A stretch of 64,000 nucleotides of DNA from Eledone cirrhosa (GCA_964016885.1 OZ024751.1:26536001-26600000), one strand, 5' to 3'; positions 1-13,159 are shown, counted from the first letter of the stretch. Translations and numbers: made by a program. The notes: generated from the sequence alone by a model not told the origin.

Positions 1-50
1 CATAACATTAAGTTCTCTGAATATGTCACTATCTGTAAACCAACTTTTGT

Positions 51-110
51 ATTTTATCTGATGAGAGCATACCAAAATATTGGTACCCTTGAAATATATA
101 TAATAAATAT
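51..110 (+). ncRNA. Minimal type I hammerhead ribozyme motif (AUA family)
   Basis: AUUUUAU-CUGAUGA-..UACCAA(AAUA)UUGGUA..-GAAA-UAUAUA-UA-AUAAAU; flanks homologous to the 46130-46350 and 52480-52820 copies. Confidence 0.62.
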
Positions 111-271
111 GGGTTTATAAAGATAGCTTCCTTTTATTAATATTGTTGATATTATACTCCAGAAGAAATACTGTTGAGTGTTTCTAATCTGTTATAAATT
201 AAATTTGTTGAATAATCAACAAATTAAATAACTCATTGTTTATATATATATATATATATACTCATACTTAC

Positions 272-456
272 ATGTGTGTTAGGTGAACAAGATGGGACTG
301 TGCAATTCCGTTTTTCAAATCTTGGTGGACAATTTGCAGCTCCTCTTCTTGGTTTCAGAACCCGGTCTCTCTTCCGTGTCTGTACGGCAGCCATCTTATT
401 ACAGCTACCGACACAACTGCTCCACTCACTCCACTCCTCCATCTTACAGGCAACAG
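272..456 (-). CDS. SPON1: F-spondin-like exon (TSR); gene continues beyond the left edge
   Basis: VACKMEEWSEWSSCVGSC...CPPRFEKRNCTVPSC; tttcag acceptor, gtaagt donor in phase 0, no stop codon. Confidence 0.9.
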
Positions 457-546
457 CTGAAAATAAAACAATAAAACATATACACTCTATTTTAACCTTT
501 AACTTTTCAATAGAATGTTATATATACACCTTAGTGTTGGTCTATA

Positions 547-1030
547 TCACACTACACCACACCACACCACACCACACCACACCACACTACACCACACCAC
601 ACTACACTACACTACACTACACCATACCACACTACACTACACTACACCATACCACACTACACTACACTACACCATACCACACTACACTACACTACATTAC
701 ACTAAACTACACCACACTACACTACACCACACCACACTACACTACACTACACTACACTACACTACACCACACGTTACTACACTACACCACACCACACCAC
801 ACCACACCACACTACACTACACTAAACTACACCACACGTTACTACACTACACCACACCACACCACACCACACCACACCACACTACACTACACTACACTAC
901 ACCACACCACACGTTACTACACTACACTACACCACACCACACGTTACTACACTACACCACACCACACTACACTACACTACACCACCACACCACTGCACCA
1001 CACCATACCACCACACCATCACACTACCAT
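547..1030. repeat. (CACCA/CACTA)n low-complexity tract, representative of many (e.g. 2570-3353, 11308-12157, 18030-18550)
   Basis: Direct inspection; explains His/Thr/Val-rich spurious ORFs. Confidence 0.95.
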
Positions 1031-1046
1031 GACAGAAACCACTTAC

Positions 1047-1322
1047 AACATCTGGCCAGTTTACATTTCTTCTTTTTGACCATTTTCTTGGGACATCTCC
1101 TTCCTCCATTCATTGGTTTAACTTTGATCATTCTACTCTTCATTGTGATTCCCTTACCACATGTGGCAGAACAAGCTGACCAGTCTGACCATGGTGTCAC
1201 CATACATTTCACTCTGCCACTCACATGACGATGACGGCGAGCTTTCTTCAATTTCTTCCTCATTTTTCTCATCTGTTGTTTAACATCTCTCGTGTCTTTC
1301 TCCTTCATCATCACCAACAACT
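1047..1322 (-). CDS. SPON1: F-spondin-like exon (basic linker plus TSR)
   Basis: KCMVTPWSDWSACSATCGKG...GGRRCP TSR; tttcag/gtaagt; 276 nt, phase 1-1. Confidence 0.92.
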
Positions 1323-1534
1323 CTGAAACAATGGAGGAACAAAACCATTTCTTACCATTTTTATAACGAAAGACTTTTTCAATGCTTTTCAAATACACTT
1401 GATAATATTCAAGAATTTAGAGGGGTTTAGTAATATAACTCTCATTATTAAGTTGGTGTTTGGAACAAAACTTTTTCATTGCCATATTTCTAATGAAAAA
1501 TACTACCTATGGTTTTCAAATATTATATTTCCTG

Positions 1535-1711
1535 TGGATTGGCAATATCGGTAGAGGGTCGGATGCCATGCTTTCCAGCATAGTTACGTCCCTTTACGAT
1601 CTGAGTTCAAATCCCGCCCAGGTTGACTTTGCCTTACGGGGTCGATAAAATAAAGTACCAGTAATGCACTGGGTAATTGCTGGCCTTGTGCCTAAAGTAG
1701 AAACAATTATA
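1535..1711 (+). mobile_element. SINE family A (tRNA-like head with gagttcaaatccc B-box)
   Basis: Repeated at ~5008-5142(+), 10476-10653, 13355-13538, 22915-23113, 29110-29215, 33520-33835, 35658-35763, 38246-38620 and 53176-53820 (mostly -). Confidence 0.85.
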
Positions 1712-2261
1712 TTTCCTGAAGACACTGATTAGTCCCTCATCCCACCCGAATATATCTAGAAAACTTTTCAAAATTTATCAACACAAAATGGTGTGTCATG
1801 ACAGAGCACCTTAGATGTCAAGTAATATGGTAGTTTTGAAAATAACAAATTACAGCGATTTTGTAACAATTAATTTTTGTATTATTAAGTTGATATTTGG
1901 AATATAACAAAAGTTATATGATGAAAGGTGAGGAGAAAATATATAGACACTAGAACAAACAATTTTAAAATGTAGGACTAGAAATGGCTTCAGGTGGTTT
2001 GATGTCAAAATCTGATCACTATTACGGTGGCACTTTGACCTATCTGCTGTGTATATTCGGTTAAGAATTGGTACACCATATCCAAGTATATCATATGAGG
2101 CCACTAAAAGGGTTGGTACCAAGAAGGGCCTCCGGCAGTAAACCATTGCCTTAAAAGGAAGCAGGGATTATTATTGGTCATCATCATCATCAACATCATT
2201 TAATCTCTATTTTCCCTGCTAGCAAGGGTTGGATAGGTGTCAAGAGACTGAGTCAGTAGAA

Positions 2262-2560
2262 CTACTGACCTCTCAGATGGGCTGGGGTACAGCACTACTG
2301 ACCTGTCAGATGGGCTGGGGTACAGCACTGCTGACCTCTCAGATGGGCTGGGGTACAGCACTGCTGACCTCTCAGATGGGCTGGGGTACAGCACTACTGA
2401 CCTGTCAGATGGGCTGGGGTACAGCACTACTGACCTGTCAGATGGGCTGGGGTACAGCACTGCTGACCTCTCAGATGGGCTGGGGTACAGCACTGCTGAC
2501 CTCTCAGATGGGCTGGGGTGCAGCACTGCTGACCTCTCAGATGGGCTGGGGTATTGCTGA
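2262..2560. repeat. 33-bp minisatellite, ~9 copies
   Basis: cagcactgctgacctctcagatgggctggggta repeated. Confidence 0.95.
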
Positions 2561-2632
2561 CTTCTCTGATAGTATTAGTAGTAGTAGTAGTAGTATTAGT
2601 AGTAGTATTAGTAGTAGTAGTAGTATTAGTAT

Positions 2633-2731
<99 letters not shown>

Positions 2732-3359
2732 CAATCTCCACATATTTCTATTCAACACCTTCAGTAGTTGAGGAAGTATTCAAACCTGTTTTTCTAGTAA
2801 AATCATCAAAGATAGGCCTGGGGGTGGTGGTGTGGTGTGGTGGGGATGGGGTGGGGTGGGGTGGGGTGGTGTAGTGTGGTGTGGTGGTGGTGTAGTGTGG
2901 TGTGGTGTGGTGGTGGTGTTGGTGTGGTGGTGGTGTTGGTGGTGGTATTGGTGGTGGTGTGGTGTGGTGTGGTGGTGTGGTGGTGGTGGTGTGGTGTAGT
3001 GTGGTGTGGTGTGGTGGTGGTGTTGGTGGTGGTGGTGTGGTGGTGGTATTGGTGGTGGTGGTGGTGTGGTGGTGTGGTGGTGTGGTGGTGTGGTGTGGTG
3101 GTGGTATTGGTGGTGGTGGTGGTGTGGTGGTGTGGTGGTGTGGTGGTGTGGTGGTGTGGTGTGGTGGTGGTGGTGTGGTGGTGGTAGGGTGTGGTGGTGG
3201 TGGGGTGTGGTGGTGGTGTGATGTAGTGTGGTGTGGTCGTGGTGATGTAGTGTGATGAGGTGTGGTGGTGGTGGGGTGTGGTGGTGGTGTGGTGTAGTGT
3301 GGTGCGAGGTGGTGTGGTGTGTTGTGGTGTTGTGAAGTGGTGGTGGTGGTGTGGCATTC

Positions 3360-4047
3360 AAGTTTGTCAAGATCTCAGTCAATATGCTGCTGATGACCCA
3401 TCCTTCAGTTAAGCATCATCTCTGCTGACAAGAGTGTCATCCATGTGTACGACCCTGAAACAAGGCAGCAGTTGACAGTGGAAAAGCTCGTCCTCTCCAT
3501 GACGACAGAGAAGGCATAACAGAGCCACAGCTCAATAAAGAGCATGCTCATCATTTTTTACAACATCCGTGGTATTGTTCATCAAGAATTTGCCCCCCAG
3601 GGCCAAACCGTCAATCGAGAGTTCTACTGCAACATTTTGCGGTGTTTGAGGGAGACCATTCAGTGAAAGCAACCGGATCTGTGGTGCACAAATAACTGCA
3701 TTTTTCACGACGACAATGCACCCTGTCACCGAGCTCTCCTCACTCGTGAGTTTCTCACCAACAACAACATTGAATCACTTCTACACCTGCCCTATTCACC
3801 AGATTTAGCACCTGTGGACTTCCATCTCTTCTCCAAGCTGAAAATGCAGCTCAAAGGTCATTGTTTTAACACTTGCCGAGGTCCAGAGTAAATCGCAGGA
3901 TATCCTCAACTCGGTTACAGAAAACAGCTTCCAGGCTGGATTCCAAAAGTGGCAGGAATGCTGGGACTGGTGTATTGTTGCACAACCTCACTATTTCATA
4001 GGAGATGTTAAAACATAACTTGTTTGAGAACCTTTTGATACTACCTC
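3360..4047 (+). mobile_element. Decayed mariner (Tc1/mariner) transposase fragment
   Basis: Translates to YDPETRQQ, KSMLIIFYNIRGIVHQEFAPQGQTVNREFY, HDDNAPCH and YSPDLAPVDFHLF with stops and frameshifts. Confidence 0.92.
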
Positions 4048-4414
4048 GATATATATATATATATATGTAAATATATATATATTTATATATATATAACTAA
4101 CAAATAGTTTATACAGTGACTGATTGGCCTGATTTGCATATTAGCAAACTGCCTGATCAATCAGATTTGCATATCAGCAGATAGGCCAGTAGTCAGTCTC
4201 ATGTATCCGAGCGATTAATGGCTGGCTTTGCCATATTCAAAGAACTAACAAATAGTTTATTGCTCTACATGGCTGAATACAATAAATGTAATCTGAGTTT
4301 TTCGAATATTAATAATAATATTCGATTTGTTTGCAATTATACAAACAGCCTCTTTTAAGCCATGTCAGTAGAATGACCCAATCACTCCTGCCCTTGTGTT
4401 GGCATGTAAACAGA

Positions 4415-4461
4415 ACTGCAGACACTAATGTTTCTGGGTGATTACCCTTCATCAGTACAGT
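4415..4461 (-). ncRNA. Type I hammerhead ribozyme motif in F-spondin intron (sense)
   Basis: ACUGUA-CUGAUGA-A-GGGU(AAUC)ACCC-A-GAAA-CA(UUAG)UG-UC-UGCAGU. Confidence 0.75.
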
Positions 4462-4545
4462 ATACTGCTTATCTGCCAACTGTCAGAGCTAGTGAAAATA
4501 TATGATATTTTCTAAAATATACAGTGACTGATCGGCCTGGTTTGC

Positions 4546-4577
<32 letters not shown>

Positions 4578-4700
4578 GTATAACTAAGACACAGTCACCT
4601 GACTCAGCTTGCCTCAAATGGGACAACCCATCTAACCCATGCTAGCATGGAAAATGGACATTAAACAATGATGATGATGATGATGATATAATGTACTCAC

Positions 4701-4871
4701 TAATGCGATCTATACAGGATTTCACACATGCTTCCTTAGATTGAAATCTGTTTTCATTGCCACGACAACCACCATAATCAAACTTCCTACATGTCTGCAT
4801 GTGTGGATCATAATACCATCGTACAAAGAGCGCCCTGCAGGTTCCCTGTTCTGGGGATAGTGAACATATAG
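4701..4871 (-). CDS. SPON1: F-spondin-like exon (Kunitz/BPTI domain)
   Basis: ICSLSPEQGTCRALFVRWYYD...CRKFDYGGCRGNENRFQSKEACVKSC with six Cys and YGGC.GN.N.F; caacag/gtgagt; 171 nt, phase 1-1. Confidence 0.95.
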
Positions 4872-5469
4872 CTGTTGGGATAGAAAAATATACATACATG
4901 CCAGTTAAATTACTATATATATATATATATATAAATTTTTAAAGTTAACTGTCTCTAATACGTAAACATCCCAATTAAAGGTCAATATATATTAATATAT
5001 TATTTACAGTTACGACCCTTTACGGACAGAGTTCAAATCCTGCCGAGGTTAACTTTGCCTTTCATCCTTACGGGGTCGATAAAATAAAGTACCAGTAATA
5101 CACTGGGATAATTGCTGGCCTTGTGCCAAAAGTAGAAACAATATATTATCTACTCAGAGAGGTAATAAACATATCAAGCCCAAATCTCAATTTGAGGGGA
5201 CAGGCTAAAATAAGTGGGTTTTATTTAGAGAGTTCCCTGACCATGGTTTCTGGGACTTAAGGAATAACACCGATTCCAAGATATTGGAATAACAATATTG
5301 CAAGAATTTCAGTTCCTTCATCAGGGAGAGAATTCTTAGGAATAAGAAGACAAGTTGAATATATATCATAGATATCATGTCATTACCAGACCATATAGTT
5401 TCTATATCAATATATCCCACTTAATGTATTAGGACAATACGACGGACTTATATTAATGCGGCATACACA

Positions 5470-5558
<89 letters not shown>

Positions 5559-5880
5559 GGAGGCACATGGCTTAGTGGTTAGAGCACTGGCCTTGCAATC
5601 GAAAGGTTGTGAGTTCAATTCTCAGACCGGGTGATGTGTTGTTTCCTTGAGCAAGACACTTTATTTCGCATTGCTCCAGTTTACTCAGCTGTAGAAATGA
5701 GATGATAGGGACTGGAGTCCCTATCATTCTACTGCAAAGTGGTCGTGTAGGTGCCATGGCAAAAAAGCACCCAGCACTCACTGTAAATGAGGAAGGGCAT
5801 CCAGCTGTAGAAATCAAGCCAGAATCAGTTCCCGTCCCACCCTTGCAAGCAGGGAAAAGCGGACTTAAAATGAAATGATG
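5559..5880 (+). mobile_element. SINE family B (tRNA-derived head)
   Basis: tggcttagtggttagagc A-box and gagttcaattc B-box, (ATG)n tail; near-identical copy at 16496-16832. Confidence 0.85.
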
Positions 5881-5936
5881 ATGATGATGATATATATATA
5901 TATGCTTGTGTGTATGTGTATGTTTGTGCACATATA

Positions 5937-5969
<33 letters not shown>

Positions 5970-6151
5970 GCATGTGTGTGTGTGTTTGTGCATATATATC
6001 TATATATATATACATATAATTGGTAGGAAAATCTGCTTCGTAGAATCAAGACATATCTGAGGACCTTGCGATTTTCAGAGTCAGGTTCGATCATCACATC
6101 GATCGTGCATATTCATATATACACAGACACACATATATATATATATATGCA

Positions 6152-6185
<34 letters not shown>

Positions 6186-6792
6186 TGCACACACACACAT
6201 TGATGTGTGTGTATGTGCGCATGACTGTACAGTAATGATATGTGTATACATGAATGTATATGGATGTGTGTGGGCATGAATATGTTGTGTATGTATGTGT
6301 ATATGTGTTTATGTGTGTATATGTGTCCATAAGTTCATGTGATAAAGTATGAATGTGTGTGTATGAGTGCATGTGTGTGTGTGTGTATATGACATCAGCT
6401 ACATATGTTTGTATATGTGTATATGTGACATCAGCTACATCTGTGTGTGCGTGTGTGTGTATATATATATGCAATCAACTACATATGTGTGTGTGTGTAT
6501 ATATATGAAATCAACTACATATGTGTGTGCGTACATGACATCAAGGACATGTGTGTGTGTCTGTGCGCGTGTGTGTATACATAAAATGAAATGCATTTTA
6601 AAATATGTTTACATCTGTTTTCACATGCCATCATGGGTTGTGTGGGTTGAATGGATATACAAACATTGACATATGTATATAGCTTGACTAAACAGACGTT
6701 TTATAGCTTCATATCAACCAGCAGCTTTTCTCAGAGAAATTTAGTTTCACAGGAGGAGAACACATAAATACCTTTTAGTTTACCCCCCTCTC

Positions 6793-7740
6793 GTTACCAT
6801 ATTTCTAATGAAAGACACTGTCTATGTCATTAACCCTTTCATTACCATATTTCTAATGGAAGACACTGTTTATGTCTTTAACCCTTTCATTACCATATTT
6901 CTAATGAAAGACACTGTCTATGTCATTAACCCAGTCATTACCATATTTCTAATGAAAGACACTGTCTATGTCATTAACCCTGTCATTACCCTATTTCTAA
7001 TGAAAGACACTGTCTATGTCTTTAACCCTTTCATTACCATATTTCTAATGAAAGACACTGTTTATGTCATTAACCCTTTCATTACAATATTTCTAATGAA
7101 AGACACTGTTTATGTCATTAACCCTTTCATTACCATATTTCTAAAGAAATACACTGTCTATGTCATTAACCCTTTCATTACCATATTTCTAATATAAGAC
7201 ACTGTCTATGTCATTAACCCTTTCATTACCATATTTCTAATAAAAGACACTGTCTATGTCATTAACCCTTTCATTACCATATTTCTAATGAAAGACACTG
7301 TCTATGTCATTAACCCAGTCATTACCATATTTCTAATATAAGACACTGTCTATGTCATTAACCCTGTCATTACCCTATTTCTAATGAAAGACACTGTCTA
7401 TGTCTTTAACCCTTTCATTACCATATTTCTAATGAAAGACACTGTTTATGTCATTAACCCTTTCATTACAATATTTCTAATGAAAGACACTGTTTATGCC
7501 ATTAACCCTTTCATTACCATATTTCTAAAGAAATACACTGTCTATGTCATTAACCCAGTCATTACCATATTTCTAATGAAAGGCACTGTCTATGTCTTTA
7601 ACCCTTTCATTACCATATTTCTAATGAAAGACACTGTCTATGTCATTAACCCTTTCATTACCATATTTCTAATGAAAGGCACTGTCTATGTCATTAACCC
7701 AGTCATTACCATATTTCTAATGAAAGGCATTGCTTATGAT
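6793..7740. repeat. 48-bp minisatellite, ~20 copies
   Basis: ttaaccctttcattaccatatttctaatgaaagacactgtctatgtca repeated. Confidence 0.95.
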
Positions 7741-8130
7741 TTTCTAATAATTTTGAAATAATAAAACAATTGAGGGTATTTAGTATAACAAACTTTTTTA
7801 TGATTAAGCTGCTGTTTGGAACCTAATTTAACAAATGTTCCTAGATAAAATTATGATGGAAGGTTTTTAGATAAATATATACAATGATGTTGATGATAAT
7901 GGTGAATATGTTGATGATGATATTGACTGTTAGGATGATGATGGAGTGATGATGATGATGGCAATGGTGATAATGATGATGATGATATTGGTAATGATAA
8001 CGATGATGATTATGATATTGATGGTGAAGATGGTGGTATTGACAATGATGGTGGTGACGGTGATGAGGATACTGATGATAATGATGATGATGATGATGAA
8101 GATAATGATGTTTGTGTTTTTTTGTCTTAC

Positions 8131-8649
8131 ATGTCCAGTTTTTCATCATCTCGGCCTTCCGACAATCTAATATTCGACCAATACAAAGATCCCTCTCCAT
8201 TCTTATCACCTGACATTTTTCTGGTGTTGCCTCCTTTGATATTAATATCCTCCACCTCTCCTTCATTCCTCGACCACATGTCACACTACATGGTGACCAT
8301 GGGGACCATGGTGTCATGGCACACTTGTCTTCAAAGTTCATCTTCTGCTGGTGTCTGAACTCATAGTGGAGTGGCAATGTTTTGCCAGGCCGCAGGGACA
8401 ACTTCTTAGACTTAGACTTCTTAGGAGTTCTTGAAGAAGAGGAAGAGGAATCAGTCTTTTTGTCCATTCCAGTGTCACAGCCCACAGCTAATTCAAAACA
8501 TTTCTTCGTCTCAGTCAACTTTGTCTTACACATCGATGGCAACACGTGTGCCATTTTCAAAGTACGTCTCCTCTGGTGAGATCCCATTCCACAGCTCACA
8601 GAACATGTTGTCCACTCACTCCAGGCACTTGTGGAACATTTTTCCATTT
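8131..8649 (-). CDS. SPON1: F-spondin-like exon (two thrombospondin type-1 repeats)
   Basis: CSTSAWSEWTTCSVSCGMG and CAMTPWSPWSPCSVTCGRG TSR motifs; gacag/gtaaga; 519 nt, phase 1-1. Confidence 0.95.
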
Positions 8650-8838
8650 CTGTCAAAAGTTATTTGTAATTAATAAATAAAAATGCAAAAAAATTACTAA
8701 TAATAAAAATAATAGTAAAACAAAAATAGAAAAATTAAAAGAAATAATTATATTTTGGATGGGTCATGCTGCCAAATAAAAATACATGCACAGTGTCACT
8801 AATCCATTCATTGGTTAGTTTAGTTACCATGTAGTTGT

Positions 8839-9067
8839 TTAACCCTTTAGCATTTAAACCGGCTGCATCCAGCCAGAATTTTCTCACCTCTTTCTGATCA
8901 AACCAGTCATAACCAGCTGCTCGTACAGATATTAAGGTATTGTTCTCAAAATAAATAATATCAAAATCTCGTAGATTTGATATTATGTGAGATAATTATG
9001 TGAAATAAAGCCTTTACCGTGAAAATACATTAGTAAATATTGCGAAATTTAAATGTTAAAGGGTTAA
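8839..9067. mobile_element. TTAA-flanked MITE (piggyBac-like)
   Basis: ttaa-ccctttagcatttaaa ... tttaaatgttaaaggg-ttaa terminal inverted repeats; second copy at 41825-42037. Confidence 0.75.
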
Positions 9068-9397
9068 TTGTTAATTGTCAAAGCTCTTTCATCACACATT
9101 CTGTGGCCTTCTCAATGACTCGTTTTGCTTCTCTGAGTTTCTTCTTTGTTCTGGTTTTGTTTGATCTACTCCATCTACTTTGATCTCCCACACTTTGCAT
9201 ATTACACCAATAACAAACAGATGTCCGTGTTTTACACACATTTAACACTGAGTATCTAATTCACATAAAAACATAGAGTTCTCAAACAGATGCCACCTAT
9301 AATAATATACTATTACTCAGCAACAAGCTATATATATATTTCATATTATGCTATATTTTGATAAAATTGCTGGATACAACTTCCTGTTGGAACCTAC

Positions 9398-9638
9398 CTA
9401 GTTTCTTCTTCATCTCCATCTTCTTTTTCATGAGATTCACCAATTCCTCAGTTGTTCTGGAACTTTCTCCTCCATCCTGTGTGTGTTTCCCTCCACACTT
9501 CTCCTTCTCCTTAGTGATGATGAGGCGAGCCATGGGCGGGATCTTTTTCGGACCATAGAACGGAGACGACGGAGTATTTGGGTAGCGGTTCGTGATCTGA
9601 TGAATTCTTTGTTGTGGATTACTTGGGGTTTTGGGACC
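9398..9638 (-). CDS. SPON1: F-spondin-like exon (end of spondin domain plus linker)
   Basis: GPKTPSNPQQRIHQITNRYPNTPSSPFYGPKKIPPMARLIITKEKEKC...; SPFY...AR motif; caacag/gtaggt; 241 nt. Confidence 0.9.
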
Positions 9639-9673
9639 CTGTTGATGGAGACAAATAGAAAGAGGGTGACAGT

Positions 9674-9739
<66 letters not shown>

Positions 9740-9969
9740 CTCACTGGGATTTGAATTCAAAATGCAAAGTGATCAAACTAAATACCACAGGTGTTTTGTT
9801 TGACTGCTTTTTTAAAAGAATCCTTCAAGATGTCAGATTTAAGACAAAGAGAATAATGAAAAGACAATGAGATTGTCGCATTGCCTCTTCTAGCTCTTGG
9901 AATAGCTCTCTTCTACTTTATTTTTTCTATCACTAGTCCTTTGCTGGTGATGATAATAATAATAACAAG

Positions 9970-10410
9970 GATATGATAAGGTCTGAATACATAAGAAGAG
10001 TAAGGAACATACTAAAATCACAGCTTAATAGTAGAAATGTCATGAGTGCAGTAAGTTCCTGAGTTACGTCTATAACTAGGTACAATGCTGGAATTCTTAA
10101 ATGGAATGTAAATGAACAAAAAGAACTGGATACAAAGACAAGGAAATTAATGACTACCTACAGTATGTTTAATAAGAAGGGTGATGTTGATAGACTGTAC
10201 TTAAGGAGATTTGAAGGTGGAAGAGCTGTCTACACAAATATGTGTCTGAGAGTAATGAGCCAATGCTTAAAGCTGTATTGAAGGAGGGGATAATAGACCA
10301 GGGGATTCCCAAGGAGGAAGTAACTACAAAGAGGAAGAACAACCTGAATGAAAAAGCCCTTCATAGCTTCTTTTTAAAGAAAACAGCATTCAGATGTCCA
10401 CAGACATTAT
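9970..10410 (+). mobile_element. Non-LTR retrotransposon fragment, R4/Dong-like
   Basis: EYIRRVRNILKSQLNSRN..., ELDTKTRKLMT...DVDRLYL.R.EGGR; homologous to 28370-28660. Confidence 0.75.
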
Positions 10411-10858
10411 ATGCTGCAAAGCGTGGTCTCCGACACTCCACCAATACTGCCACTGGTGATAATAATAATAACAATAATTGTTTCTACTTTAGGCACAAGG
10501 CCAGCAATTATCCCAGTACATTACTGGTACTTTATTTTATCGACCCCGTAAGGATGAAAGGCAAAGTCAACCTCAGCGGGATTTGAACTCAGATTGTAAA
10601 GGGACGTAACTATGCTGGAAAGCATGGTGTCTGACCCTCTACTGATACTGCCACACAATAGATGGGGACAGTGGGGGGTTACACAATAATAAGGGTTTCT
10701 AATTTAGGTAAAAGGTGAGGAATTTGGCTGGTGGGGTATTATTATATTGACACCAGTACATGACTGATATTTTATTATATAGACATCATGAGGATAAAAG
10801 GCAGATTGGCCTTGGAGGGGAGAGGGGGGTGTTGAACTGAAAATATCAGAATACTCAC

Positions 10859-10965
10859 CATATAGGATGGCCCATCATCAGTGCCAGCATCCCAGGGGAA
10901 CAGGTCTATCTCCATGGTATCAGCCCAACTACAGTTCTTCTGACAGAGGTTTAAGGAACTTACAC
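10859..10965 (-). CDS. SPON1: F-spondin-like exon (Spondin_N)
   Basis: VSSLNLCQKNCSWADTMEIDLFPWDAGTDDGPSYM contains the PWDAGTD motif; ttag/gtgagt; 107 nt. Confidence 0.95.
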
Positions 10966-12269
10966 CTAACAACACATACAGAAATCTAGGTGAGAGAGAC
11001 ATAGCAGCATACACAGTGTATACATATATATATATGTGTATATATACACAGATACACAAACATACACATATAGACAGGGCAGACACATACAGACAGACAC
11101 AGACACTCACACATACAGACAGACACACACAGACACAGACAGAAACATACAGATAACAACAACAACAAGAAGAATACTAACAACAATCTCCATAACAACA
11201 AAAACTGTTTGGGAATGCTCCAGAATGGGCAAAAGGGAAACAATGGCAGCTGTAGAGAAAGAGGAGAAATATTTCCAGTGTATTTGGATGTTAAGAAGCT
11301 TGAGAAGGTGGTGGTGGTGGTGGTGGGGGAGGGGTGGTGGCGGTGGTAGAGGTGGTGGCGGTGGTGGTGGTGGGGTAGTGGTGGTGAAGGTGGGGGGGGG
11401 TAGTGGTGGCGGTAGAGGTAGTGGGGGGGGGTAGAGGTAGTGGTGGGGATGGTGGTGTTGGTGGTGGTGGTAGAGGTAGTGGTGGGGAGGGGGTGGTGGT
11501 GGTAGAGGTAGTGGTGGGGAGGGGGTGGTGGTGGTAGTGGTGGTAGAGGTAGTGGTGGGGGTGGTGGTGGTAGAGGTGGTGGTGGTGGGTGTGGTAGAGG
11601 TAGTGGTGGGGGTGGTGGCAGTGGTGGGGGTGGTGGTAGTGGTAATTGTGGTGGTGGTAGGGGTAGTGGTGGGGAGGGGTGGTGGTGGTAGTGGTAGTGG
11701 TGGGGGTGGTAGAGGTAGTGGTGGGGGTAGTGGTAGTGGTGGTTGTGGTGGCAGTGATAGTGGTGGTAGTGGTGGTGGTGGTGGTGGTGGTAGAGGTAGT
11801 GGTGGTGGTGGTAGTGGTGGTAATATTGAAGGAAATGAGGCTAGGTCCCTTGGTTTATAAAGTAACTTATATATACACCCAGATTTCATATTGTAAACAA
11901 ACAGTAATGGTGGTAGTGGGGGTGGTAGTAGTGGTGGTGGTGGTGGTGGTGGTAGTAGTAATGGTGGTGGTGGTAGTAGTAATGGTGGTGGTGGTGGTGG
12001 TGGTGGTGGTAGTAGTGGTGGTGGTGGTGGTGATAGTAGTGGTGGTGGTGGTGGTAGTAGTGGTGATGGTAGTAGTAGTTGTGGTGGTGGTGTTGGTGGT
12101 GGTAGTATTGGTGGTGGTGGTGATGCTGGTGATGGTAGTGGTGGTGGTGGTGGTGACTGGTAATAGCAGGAGTCATTGACCTGGTAGATATAGCAGCCAA
12201 ATGAGACTCACAGCACATTACACATCACAGTTGCTGATAATAACATTGGACATGGTGATCCTAATTACA

Positions 12270-12765
12270 GGATGGTCACGACTGGATTGTCTTTCATCAT
12301 AGGTCTGTCTGGACTGTCTTTCATCATAGATCAGTCTGGATGGTCACAGTTGGACTGTCTTTCATCATACGTCAATCTGGACTGACACAATTGGACTGTC
12401 ACAGCTGGACTGTCTTTCATTCTAGGTCAGTCTGGATGGTCACAGTTGGACTGTCTTTCATTGTAGATCAGTCTGGATGGTCACAGTTGGACTGTCTTTC
12501 ATCATAGGTCAATCTGGACTGACACAATTGGACTGTCACAGCTGGACTGTCTTTCATCATAGGTCAGTCTGGATGGTCACAGTTGGACTGTCTTTCATCA
12601 TAGGTCAATCTGGACTGACACAATTGGACTGTCACAGCTGGACTGTCTTTCATTATAGGTTGTCTGGATGGTCACAGCTGGACTGTCTTTCACCGTAGGT
12701 TAGTCTGGACTGTCTTTCACCATAGGTCAGTCAGGATTGTCACAACTGGATTGTCTTTCACCAGG
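12270..12765. repeat. Compound ~41/51-bp minisatellite
   Basis: ggactgtctttcatcataggtcagtctggatggtcacagtt and variant units alternate. Confidence 0.85.
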
Positions 12766-13159
12766 GCTAAACAACAACAACAGCTACAATACCATCAGCA
12801 CTAGAAACCCTGCCCCCACCATCCTGTCTACCGAAAAGCACTGACACATCCTCTTCACTCTTATAGGGTCACTCAAATGGCTAGAAATAGTAACACAATC
12901 TCCTCCATATTATACCCCCACCCCAGCAACTGTCTTAGAAAAGTACATTAGGTAATGTTATGTGTCTGGGTTACTGGCATACGGATGGGATGGTCATGGC
13001 TGGAAAGCAACAGCAACAACAACAGCAGCAACAACAACAACAATAACAACAACGGGAACAACAACAACAATGACATCAACAACAGCAACAGCAACAACAC
13101 AACAACAACGACGACAGCAATAACAATAACAACAACAACAACAACAAAAGAAGCCTTAC

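Noticed and set aside
2750-2820. Small extra exon between the Kunitz and TSR exons
   Set aside because: Weak donors and a phase incompatible with the flanking phase-1 junctions
276-3382. Long His/Thr/Val/Trp-rich ORFs, and similar YIYI/CVCV ORFs across the window
   Set aside because: Translations of microsatellites and minisatellites with no domain content
5300-5335. CUGAUGA-AGGAACU-GAAA on the minus strand
   Set aside because: No stem III/NUH and the motif is not kept in the homologous copy at ~28925-28950
5559-5630. tRNA gene
   Set aside because: tRNA-like head of a repeated SINE with body and tail; no convincing acceptor stem
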